From: a virus
Taxonomy: Duplodnaviria > Heunggongvirae > Uroviricota > Caudoviricetes
Direction: 5' to 3' (one strand)
Virus record (IMG/VR): IMGVR_UViG_2529292722_000020
Length of the DNA: 14,445 nt
Numbering within the stretch: the first letter of the stretch is position 1; each line of letters begins with the position of its first letter. Under the pieces are notes generated by a model, which ran no database searches, was not told the DNA's origin, and worked only from the letters and a program-made list of their open reading frames with translations. The position numbers and the translations under genes were made by a program. Positions 7,429 through 14,445 of this stretch are shown piece after piece.

Positions 7429-7896
7429 ATGTCTCACTTGGACGGAATTATTAAAAGATTCGAGTCCAGCTACAAAGTTAATGAAACAACAGGTTGCTGG
7501 GAGTCTACCTATTCAAAAAACAAAGGAGGATACACAAAATTTGTAGCCTTTGGCGTAACAATGCTTTCTCATCGGGTTGCTTTTGAGCTTTATCACTCCC
7601 CCATTCCATCTGGGAAGATGGTTTGCCACAAATGCGATAACCCATGCTGCGTTAATCCTGAACATCTCTTTTTAGGTAGCGCGCAAGAAAACATGGACGA
7701 CAAGATAGCAAAAGGAAGGCATCGTGGAGCCAAGAAAGGTCATGCTCATCATGGTGCAAAATTAACAGAGTGGCAGGGTATAGAAATTAGGAAAAGACTC
7801 TCTGAAAAAGAGAGTCAGTACAAGATAGCAAAAGACATGGGTGTATCTCAATCAATTATAAGCAACATAAAAACTGGCAAGAGGTGGAGCAAATGA
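7429..7896 (+). CDS. HNH homing-type endonuclease with C-terminal HTH
   Basis: HNH motif [26 protein letters not shown]; start abuts the SSAP stop (TAAATG); the end overlaps the SSB start. Confidence 0.8.
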   Translation: MSHLDGIIKRFESSYKVNETTGCWESTYSKNKGGYTKFVAFGVTMLSHRVAFELYHSPIPSGKMVCHKCDNPCCVNPEHLFLGSAQENMDDKIAKGRHRGAKKGHAHHGAKLTEWQGIEIRKRLSEKESQYKIAKDMGVSQSIISNIKTGKRWSK

Positions 7897-8399
7897 GTTC
7901 TCGCGGGATAAATAAGGTGATTATCCTTGGTCGGGTAGGACAAGACCCGGAAGTTCGATACTCACCATCAGGAACAGCGTTCGCTAACCTGACAATAGCC
8001 ACGTCAGAACAATGGCGAGATAAAAATACTGGCGAGCAAAAGGAATTGACTGAATGGCATCGTGTTGCTGTATCCGGGAAACTGGCTGAGGTCGTGGGGC
8101 AGTATGTGAAAAAAGGTGATCAGATTTATTTCGAGGGAATGCTGAGAACCAGAAAATGGAAAGACCAGTCAGGGCAAGACCGTTACACAACCGAGGTTCA
8201 TGTCGGAATTAATGGCGTGATGCAAATGCTTGGCGGCATTGGCGACAGCAAACAACAAGCAGCCAGCAGGCAATCACAGAAGCCACAGCAGCAATCATCA
8301 CCAGCACAACACAACGAACCTCCGATGGATTTTGACGACGATATACCCTTTGCACCAGTAACTCTCCCCTTCCCTCGTCACGCTATTCACGCAATTTAA
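7893..8399 (+). CDS. ssb: Single-stranded DNA-binding protein SSB, with a 15-aa extension after the DDDIPF tail
   Basis: [23 protein letters not shown]...TEWHRVAV...[11 protein letters not shown] closely resembles E. coli SSB; GAGGTG Shine-Dalgarno 6 nt before ATG 7893. Confidence 0.9.
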   Translation: MSSRGINKVIILGRVGQDPEVRYSPSGTAFANLTIATSEQWRDKNTGEQKELTEWHRVAVSGKLAEVVGQYVKKGDQIYFEGMLRTRKWKDQSGQDRYTTEVHVGINGVMQMLGGIGDSKQQAASRQSQKPQQQSSPAQHNEPPMDFDDDIPFAPVTLPFPRHAIHAI

Positions 8400-8407
8400 G
8401 GACTTAC

Positions 8408-8956
8408 ATGAATCACTTAATGGTTGACCTTGAAACAATGGGCAACGGGCCATACGCGCCAGTTATTTCTATTGGGGCGGTATTCTTTGACCCGAATACC
8501 GGAGAAACAGGAGAAGAGTTCTCGGTAAATATCTCGCTTGAGTCATCAATGCGATATCGGGCGCGTCCTGACGCTTCAACGATTTTATGGTGGATGGAAC
8601 AGAGTGAAGAAGCCAGAAAATCGCTAACCAGCAACACTCAAGAGCTTTCAACAGCTCTTTCATGGTTATCTGAATTCATCATAAAGAACGCTAACCACAA
8701 ATTCGTTCAGGTTTGGGGGAATGGAGCATCATTTGACTGCGTTATTCTCCGCAACAGTTATTCGCTGACAGGGCAGCCAGTTCCGTGGCAGTGGTGGAAT
8801 GACCGCGACGTAAGAACAATCGTCGAGCTTGGAAAGGTAATAGGATTCGACCCTAAGCGAGATATGCCATTCAAAGGAACTCGCCACAACGCGCTTGATG
8901 ATGCCATCCACCAAGCCAAATACGTTTCAGCGATCTGGAAAAAGTTAGCTAAATAA
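8408..8956 (+). CDS. DnaQ-like (DEDDh) 3'-5' exonuclease
   Basis: Exo I motif MVDLETMG and Exo III motif HNALDDAIHQAKY; sits in the phage recombination module. Confidence 0.7.
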   Translation: MNHLMVDLETMGNGPYAPVISIGAVFFDPNTGETGEEFSVNISLESSMRYRARPDASTILWWMEQSEEARKSLTSNTQELSTALSWLSEFIIKNANHKFVQVWGNGASFDCVILRNSYSLTGQPVPWQWWNDRDVRTIVELGKVIGFDPKRDMPFKGTRHNALDDAIHQAKYVSAIWKKLAK

Positions 8957-8972
8957 TCAACCGGAGAAAAAC

Positions 8973-9266
8973 ATGCCAGCGCCTTTGTATGGTGCGGATG
9001 ACCCGCGCCGCTGTTCCGGCAATTCTGTATCGGAGGTGCTGGATAAATTCAGAAAAAACTACGATCGAATAATGTCTCTACCGCAGGAAACGAAAGAGGA
9101 AAAGGAATTTCGCCACTGTATATGGCTTGCAGAGAAAGAAGAACGCGAGCGAATTTACCAGACATCAATCCGACCATTCCGCAAAGCCACATATACCCAC
9201 TTCCCTGAAATTGACCCGCGCCTGCGTCATTACCGCTCACGCTATGGCGCTATCAGTAATGACTGA
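8973..9266 (+). CDS. Hypothetical protein (97 aa)
   Basis: ORF with a GGAGA Shine-Dalgarno; no family recognised. Confidence 0.5.
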   Translation: MPAPLYGADDPRRCSGNSVSEVLDKFRKNYDRIMSLPQETKEEKEFRHCIWLAEKEERERIYQTSIRPFRKATYTHFPEIDPRLRHYRSRYGAISND

Positions 9267-9277
9267 GGAATTAACAA

Positions 9278-9567
9278 TGAAAACAAAGAAGCTAAACATC
9301 GACATCGGCAAATACGTTATTACCGGAACCAAACACGATCTGATTCTTAGCGAAAGAGGAATTATCAAAGAAGGCGAGAATGCAGGGAAAGAAACACTAA
9401 GTCGTATCGGTTATTACAGCAAGTTTGAGCATCTGGTCAAAGAGTTATGCAACCGTGAAATCCTGTTATCTCAGGCGCAGACGCTACAGGATATTCAGCA
9501 GCATATCGATACTTTAGGTGTATCACTTAGCATGGCTGTTGACCAGTTCATGGAGAGTAAATCATGA
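9278..9567 (+). CDS. Hypothetical protein (96 aa)
   Basis: Start taken at ATG 9278 behind a GAGG Shine-Dalgarno rather than the track's upstream start at 9127; no family recognised. Confidence 0.5.
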
Positions 9568-9731
9568 GAGGACTTGCATACAATCCCGGCATTCTTCCGG
9601 CAGAAATGATTATTCGCCAACGCGTAAAGCCAATGCCATCGAGAGAGGAATTGCTTAAGAGAAATGGTTTCGGTTCTGTTAATGACAACAAATATCTGAA
9701 TGCGATGTGGCGCAAAGGAGGCAACCAGTGA
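9564..9731 (+). CDS. Hypothetical small protein (55 aa)
   Basis: ATG overlaps the upstream stop (ATGA); found by manual translation. Confidence 0.4.
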   Translation: MRGLAYNPGILPAEMIIRQRVKPMPSREELLKRNGFGSVNDNKYLNAMWRKGGNQ

Positions 9732-9880
9732 GTAACCGTTTTTACATGATGTGCTTGCGTGAAACTGTAGGTGATAACGCCTCATTCCATTGCCATAACG
9801 GCAATGAGCATGGCGAGATGGCTATGAAGCATGGAAAACGCCTGTCGAAGTATATTGTGATGAGTGGGGTGGGTGAATGA
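9728..9880 (+). CDS. Hypothetical small Cys/His-containing protein (50 aa)
   Basis: GTG 9728 sits 6 nt after AAAGGAGG and overlaps the upstream stop (GTGA); its own stop overlaps the methyltransferase start (ATGA). Confidence 0.4.
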   Translation: MSNRFYMMCLRETVGDNASFHCHNGNEHGEMAMKHGKRLSKYIVMSGVGE

Positions 9881-10605
9881 TTTGCCTTCACAACGCAGAC
9901 TGCTTTGACATCTTTCCGCAAATCGCCAGCAACTCCGTAGATCTTGTATGTGCCGATATTCCATATGGAACAACTCGGTGTCGCTGGGATTCTGTTCTCG
10001 ACCTGCAGTTGATGTGGAAGCAGATTTACCGTATTTCCAAACCGAACGCTGCAATTGTTCTGTTTTCCGCTCAGCCTTTTACCAGCGTGCTGGTCAACAG
10101 CAATCTTCGTGACTGGAAAACAGAATGGATTTGGGAAAAGCCACACGCGACAGGATTTTTGAACGCAAAAAAACAACCTTTAAGAGCGCATGAAAATATT
10201 GAAGTTTTTTACAGAAAGCAACCGACATACAACCCACAGATGACGTATGGGAACGCCAGAAAAACCTCAACAAGAGGTAGGCTGAATACTGATGTATATG
10301 GCGATGCGCTGAAAAAGGTCGTTTACGATTCAACAAGTCGCTATCCGAGAGACGTGCAGAAATTCTCCAGCGACAAGCAAAAGCAGGCACTTCATTCAAC
10401 ACAAAAGCCACTGGCTCTGGTGAGATATCTGATTGAAACATATAGCAATATTGGCGACACAGTGTTGGATTTCACTATGGGTAGCGGAACTACTGGCGTT
10501 GCGTGCCAACAATCAGGACGCCGATTTACAGGAATAGAAAAAGATCCAGAAATTTTTCGTATCGCATTAGAGCGTATGGGAATTAAACAGGAGCATGCAG
10601 CATGA
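9877..10605 (+). CDS. Orphan DNA methyltransferase, beta class (N6-adenine or N4-cytosine)
   Basis: Motif IV-like DIPY (CADIPYG) near the N-terminus and motif I FTMGSGTTG near the C-terminus, the beta-class order; no adjacent restriction endonuclease. Confidence 0.8.
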   Translation: MICLHNADCFDIFPQIASNSVDLVCADIPYGTTRCRWDSVLDLQLMWKQIYRISKPNAAIVLFSAQPFTSVLVNSNLRDWKTEWIWEKPHATGFLNAKKQPLRAHENIEVFYRKQPTYNPQMTYGNARKTSTRGRLNTDVYGDALKKVVYDSTSRYPRDVQKFSSDKQKQALHSTQKPLALVRYLIETYSNIGDTVLDFTMGSGTTGVACQQSGRRFTGIEKDPEIFRIALERMGIKQEHAA

Positions 10606-10623
10606 TTTTTGTGGAGGCAACCA

Positions 10624-11010
10624 GTGAGCGAAATTAATTACCAGGCACTGCGTGAGGCGGCGGAACGTGCAATTCCAGCAATGGAACGCCTGTTAATGTT
10701 GCCAGCTGATGATGATTTGTTAAGTGAACAGGAACTTAAAGATTACGGTGTGGATATTGATGCGCTCAACGCCTTCAAATTTCTGGCCGGACCAGAAACC
10801 GTGCTGGCGCTGCTGGATGAGCTGGAAGCCAAAGACAAGCGGATTGCTGACATGGATGCGCGGGAGGTTGTACTGCCGCGTGCGCACGATGTTCACCCAT
10901 TAGGGCCGCAGTCGGCGAAAATTTTTTGTGAGTTTCACCGGAGTATCGTGAACAGATGCGCCGATGAGATTCGCAAGGTTGGCGTCAAAGTCAGCATCAA
11001 GGGGAATTAG
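10624..11010 (+). CDS. Ead/Ea22-like family protein (about 128 aa)
   Basis: GTG 10624 sits 6 nt after GGAGG; N-terminus SEINYQALREAAERA and PETVLALLDELEAKDKRIA coiled-coil segment resemble Ea22-like prophage proteins as I recall them. Confidence 0.5.
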   Translation: MSEINYQALREAAERAIPAMERLLMLPADDDLLSEQELKDYGVDIDALNAFKFLAGPETVLALLDELEAKDKRIADMDAREVVLPRAHDVHPLGPQSAKIFCEFHRSIVNRCADEIRKVGVKVSIKGN

Positions 11011-11015
11011 GGATA

Positions 11016-11806
11016 TGGCTGAACTAACCAAAGAATGGCTGAAGCAAACTATCGCTCAATACGAAGCCAATCGTGATGAATTACCGTTTGGACTGGATAC
11101 CAACAGTGCCATTGAGCTTCAGGCGTTCAAGTTGGCGCTGGCATCGCTGGAAGCAGAACCAGTTGCTTATATTTTCAAACATCCGGCTGGAAAATTATTC
11201 TGGGCTTTAACGGATGAAAGCAATAAAGAGCAATCGGACGTTATTCCTGTTTATGCCGCCCCTCCAGTGCCAGTAGTACCTGCTGCATTACCTGAGAACG
11301 ACGATGAGGACGGGCATGACATTGATTATCTTGAGCCATCTGAAGTTTACTCGCTTGGGCGAACAGCTGGCTGGAACGCCTGCCGTGCTGCCATGCTTCA
11401 TGGTGCCGAACCTGTAAGCCAAACTTACAAGTTGCCTCCCCTGTCATCCAGAGAAGTAAACGACGCGGCATGGAAATTACACAACATGCTGACTGAACAC
11501 GGCCCTCTAAATGGGTGTCAGTTCAACAATTTGAAAGAGTGCTTCTATGAGGCATTAAAGGTCGCAATGCGCAACTATCCGGTAACTCCGGATGGTTGGA
11601 TAAGCTGTAGTGAGCGAATGCCGAACGATAAACAGTATGTTTGGTGTTGGGGTAAGTCTTACGGCTGGACTGAGTGCAATACCTTCGAAGGGTATTACGA
11701 TTGGTCGAGAAACAAATGGTGGGCAGTTACTGACGATGGGGAAGAACCGGCATCGAAAGTAACTCACTGGATGCCTCTACCAGAACCGCCTCAGGAGGTG
11801 AAGTAA
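11016..11806 (+). CDS. Ea22-like protein with C-terminal DUF551-like domain
   Basis: ATG 11016; C-terminal WxW-rich segment ending WMPLPEPP is the pattern I associate with DUF551. Confidence 0.6.
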
Positions 11807-12084
11807 TGGACTCCTTCGCGAAATATACAATTATTGACTGGATAGCCTTCCTTCAGGTTTTGCTCATCTGGTTTTATATGGCTTACAGGAGTGGACAGTG
11901 GATTGTCAGTGTAGCCTGTAGCAAGGGATGGCGTTGGTGGAACAGAAAGAATAAAAAAGCACTGGCATTGGATTCGTTTTACGAAGCATTCAATCTTAAC
12001 AGCCTTCAGCCTGGTTCTGTCATTGTAGTCACCACTCAAAGCGGCATGACCATTCAGATTCATAAACCAAAAGAGGAAAAATGA
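11806..12084 (+). CDS. Hypothetical protein with hydrophobic N-terminal segment (92 aa)
   Basis: AGGAGGTG Shine-Dalgarno inside the upstream gene's 3' end; ATG overlaps the upstream TAA. Confidence 0.45.
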   Translation: MDSFAKYTIIDWIAFLQVLLIWFYMAYRSGQWIVSVACSKGWRWWNRKNKKALALDSFYEAFNLNSLQPGSVIVVTTQSGMTIQIHKPKEEK

Positions 12085-12170
12085 TGTGGCCTATATGTGT
12101 TAATTGCGGACGGATGTGCCTATCTGGATGGTGCCGAAAGTGCGACAAATGCACGAAGAAAAGACAATAA
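12084..12170 (+). CDS. Cys-rich micro-protein (MWPICVNCGRMCLSGWCRKCDKCTKKRQ), possible zinc ribbon
   Basis: Six cysteines in 28 aa; AGAGGA Shine-Dalgarno upstream; start overlaps the upstream stop. Found by manual translation. Confidence 0.25.
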   Translation: MWPICVNCGRMCLSGWCRKCDKCTKKRQ

Positions 12171-12242
12171 CAATCCTCGCACTCGCGGGGATTTCTTTTA
12201 TCTGAACTCGCTACGGCGGGTTTTGTTTTATGGAGATGATAA

Positions 12243-12410
12243 ATGCACTTCCGAGTCACAGGTGAATGGAATGGAGAGCCATTCGACAGGGTCGTCGAAG
12301 CAGAGGGCATCAACGACTGCTATAACCACTGGATGATATGGGCGCAGATAGCGCATGCAGACGTAACCAATATTCGAATTGAAGAACTGAAAGAACACCA
12401 AGCCGCCTGA
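12243..12410 (+). CDS. Hypothetical small protein (55 aa)
   Basis: GGAG Shine-Dalgarno 7 nt before ATG 12243; followed directly by an intrinsic terminator. Confidence 0.35.
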   Translation: MHFRVTGEWNGEPFDRVVEAEGINDCYNHWMIWAQIAHADVTNIRIEELKEHQAA

Positions 12411-12422
12411 TGGCGGTTTTTT
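12403..12422 (+). terminator. Intrinsic terminator
   Basis: CCGCC-TGAT-GGCGG hairpin followed by TTTTTT. Confidence 0.65.
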
Positions 12423-12432
12423 ATTGCCTGAT

Positions 12433-12448
12433 TTGCAGGTTCGATTCC
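12433..12448 (+). other. tRNA-derived fragment matching the T-arm of tRNA-Arg argW (att-site remnant)
   Basis: TTGCAGGTTCGATTCC carries the GGTTCGATTCC T-loop signature and matches the argW segment as I recall it; flanks do not continue the tRNA. Confidence 0.5.
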
Positions 12449-12467
12449 CTATTCGGAGATAGCACTC

Positions 12468-12668
12468 ATGCAACACGAACTACAGCCTGATTCACTGGTT
12501 GATTTGAAATTCATCATGGCCGATACTGGCTTTGGTAAAACCTTCATCTACGACCGGATTAAGTCCGGCGACCTGCCAAAAGCCAAAGTTATCCACGGGC
12601 GAGCAAGATGGTTATATCGTGACCATTGTGAATTCAAAAATAAGCTCTTAAGCCGCGCCAATGGGTAA
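12468..12668 (+). CDS. AlpA/Xis-family excisionase-like DNA-binding protein
   Basis: 66 aa with winged-helix pattern ...MADTGFGKTFIYDRIKSGDLPKAKVIHGRARWLYRDHCEF...; sits at the integration-proximal end of the prophage. Confidence 0.7.
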   Translation: MQHELQPDSLVDLKFIMADTGFGKTFIYDRIKSGDLPKAKVIHGRARWLYRDHCEFKNKLLSRANG

Positions 12669-12741
12669 AATAGCGGGTAAAATATTTCTCACATCTAAAA
12701 AACACCATTCTAATCAATCCCCTGCCGCGTCAAGTAGATGT

Positions 12742-12756
12742 CTGCAGGGGACACCA
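12742..12756 (+). other. 3'-terminal fragment of tRNA-Arg argW (acceptor 3' strand plus CCA); host side of the attachment junction
   Basis: CTGCAGGGGACACCA matches the argW 3' end as I recall it; it is the direct continuation of the fragment at 12433-12448. Confidence 0.55.
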
Positions 12757-13197
12757 GATACCCTTCAAACGAAATCTACCTTCACCCCGTAAAAGATGGG
12801 TTTGGCAGCACACTTGCCTTATATCTACTCATTTTTACTGCAACAGGTTGAAATCTCAGCACTGTCAGAAAGCGCTGATGACTAAACAGCCCTGGGCCGG
12901 GCGATGTAACCATCACACAGAATCCTGATAGCGAAATATGGCGTGACTCGATACTTCACTCCGCAATGCATTCCTTGATGAATTCGCAGGACCGTGATAC
13001 ACGGGACAGGTCACTGAATGACGACAATGTCCTGGAAATCAGCGAACCGCGCATCTGAAGTACATTTGAGCGACTGTACCAGAACATGAATGAGGCGTTT
13101 GGATTAGGCGATTATTAGCAGGGCTAAGCATTTTACTATTATTATTTTCCGGTTGAGGGATATAGAGCTATCGACAACAACCGGAAAAAGTTTACGT

Positions 13198-14445
13198 CTA
13201 TATTGCTGAAGGTACAGGCGTTTCCATAACTATTTGCTCGCGTTTTTTACTCAAGAAGAAAATGCCAAATAGCAACATCAGGCAGACAATACCCGAAATT
13301 GCGAAGAAAACTGTCTGGTAGCCTGCGTGGTCAAAGAGTATCCCAGTCGGCGTTGAAAGCAGCACAATCCCAAGCGAACTGGCAATTTGAAAACCAATCA
13401 GAAAGATCGTCGACGACAGGCGCTTATCAAAGTTTGCCACGCTGTATTTGAAGACGGATATGACACAAAGTGGAACCTCAATGGCATGTAACAACTTCAC
13501 TAATGAAATAATCCAGGGGTTAACGAACAGCGCGCAGGAAAGGATACGCAACGCCATAATCACAACTCCGATAAGTAATGCATTTTTTGGCCCTACCCGA
13601 TTCACAAAGAAAGGAATAATCGCCATGCACAGCGCTTCGAGTACCACCTGGAATGAGTTGAGATAACCATACAGGCGCGTTCCTACATCGTGTGATTCGA
13701 ATAAACCTGCATAAAAGACAGGAAAAAGTTGTTGATCAAAAATGTTATAGAAAGACCACGTCCCCACAATAAATATGACGAAAACCCAGAAGTTTCGATC
13801 CTTGAAAACTGCGATAAAATCCTCTTTTTTTACCCCTCCCGCATCTGCCGCTACGCACTGGTGATCCTTATCTTTAAAACGCATGTTGATCATCATAAAT
13901 ACAGCGCCAAATAGCGAGACCAACCAGAAGTTGATATGGGGACTGATACTAAAAAATATGCCGGCAAAGAACGCGCCAATAGCATAGCCAAAAGATCCCC
14001 AGGCGCGCGCTGTTCCATATTCGAAATGAAAATTTCGCGCCATTTTTTCGGTGAAGCTATCAAGCAAACCGCATCCCGCCAGATACCCCAAGCCAAAAAA
14101 TAGCGCCCCCAGAATTAGACCTACAGAAAAATTGCTTTGCAGTAACGGTTCATAAACGTAAATCATAAACGGTCCGGTCAAGACCAGGATGAAACTCATA
14201 CACCAGATGAGCGGTTTCTTCAGACCGAGTTTATCCTGAACGATGCCGTAGAACATCATAAATAGAATGCTGGTAAACTGGTTGACCGAATAAAGTGTAC
14301 CTAATTCCGTCCCTGTCAACCCTAGATGTCCTTTCAGCCAAATAGCGTATAACGACCACCACAGCGACCAGGAAATAAAAAAGAGAAATGAGTAACTGGA
14401 TGCAAAACGATAGTACGCATTTCTGAATGGAATATTCAGTGCCAT
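13198..14445 (-). CDS. cscB: Sucrose:H+ symporter CscB (LacY-family oligosaccharide permease)
   Basis: 415-aa multi-transmembrane protein; N-terminus MALNIPFRNAYYRFASSYSFLFFISWSLWW matches my recollection of E. coli CscB. The window ends exactly on its start codon. Confidence 0.85.
   Translation of the reverse strand: MALNIPFRNAYYRFASSYSFLFFISWSLWWSLYAIWLKGHLGLTGTELGTLYSVNQFTSILFMMFYGIVQDKLGLKKPLIWCMSFILVLTGPFMIYVYEPLLQSNFSVGLILGALFFGLGYLAGCGLLDSFTEKMARNFHFEYGTARAWGSFGYAIGAFFAGIFFSISPHINFWLVSLFGAVFMMINMRFKDKDHQCVAADAGGVKKEDFIAVFKDRNFWVFVIFIVGTWSFYNIFDQQLFPVFYAGLFESHDVGTRLYGYLNSFQVVLEALCMAIIPFFVNRVGPKNALLIGVVIMALRILSCALFVNPWIISLVKLLHAIEVPLCVISVFKYSVANFDKRLSSTIFLIGFQIASSLGIVLLSTPTGILFDHAGYQTVFFAISGIVCLMLLFGIFFLSKKREQIVMETPVPSAI

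Noticed and set aside
9495-10441. Several minus-strand ORFs (96, 144, 90 and 115 aa)
   Set aside because: All are antisense to the tightly coupled + strand gene chain and the methyltransferase, with no Shine-Dalgarno signals or recognisable domains.
12097-12336. 79-aa + strand ORF
   Set aside because: Starts on GTG without a Shine-Dalgarno and overlaps two better-supported small ORFs in another frame; treated as spurious, though this is not certain.
12428-12760. A complete tRNA gene
   Set aside because: Only 3'-half fragments of argW are present; the D-arm and anticodon arm are not found adjacent, so no tRNA feature is called.
13160-13194. Inverted repeat CCGGTTG...CAACCGG just downstream of cscB as a terminator
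   Set aside because: No U-run follows on either strand, so it is not called as an intrinsic terminator.
12669-13197. Integrase gene expected after the excisionase-like gene
   Set aside because: No ORF of meaningful length on either strand in this interval; integrase is absent from the window.

Overview
The window is a defective, mosaic lambdoid prophage shown in reverse of the usual lambda map orientation, bounded on the left by an IS21-family insertion and on the right by host DNA (argW tRNA remnants and a sucrose permease I recognise as CscB). From left to right it holds: the 5' end of an IS21-family istA; nin-side small genes; a DnaB-like helicase interrupted by an in-frame TAA; an O-like initiator with in-gene ori iterons; cII-like and cro genes; an operator region; a c2-type repressor; PL/OL and nutL; an N-like antiterminator; two AT-rich accessory genes bracketed by terminators; cIII-like; a Rad52-like annealing protein; an HNH endonuclease; SSB with a C-terminal extension; a DnaQ-like exonuclease; a chain of coupled small genes ending in a beta-class DNA methyltransferase; Ea22-like and DUF551-like proteins; and an AlpA/Xis-like gene with no integrase. 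The most likely place for an undescribed function is the AT-rich two-gene insertion between N and cIII (5159-6229), followed by the coupled gene chain upstream of the methyltransferase (8973-10605). All family assignments come from reading the translated ORFs against remembered protein families; no database search was run.
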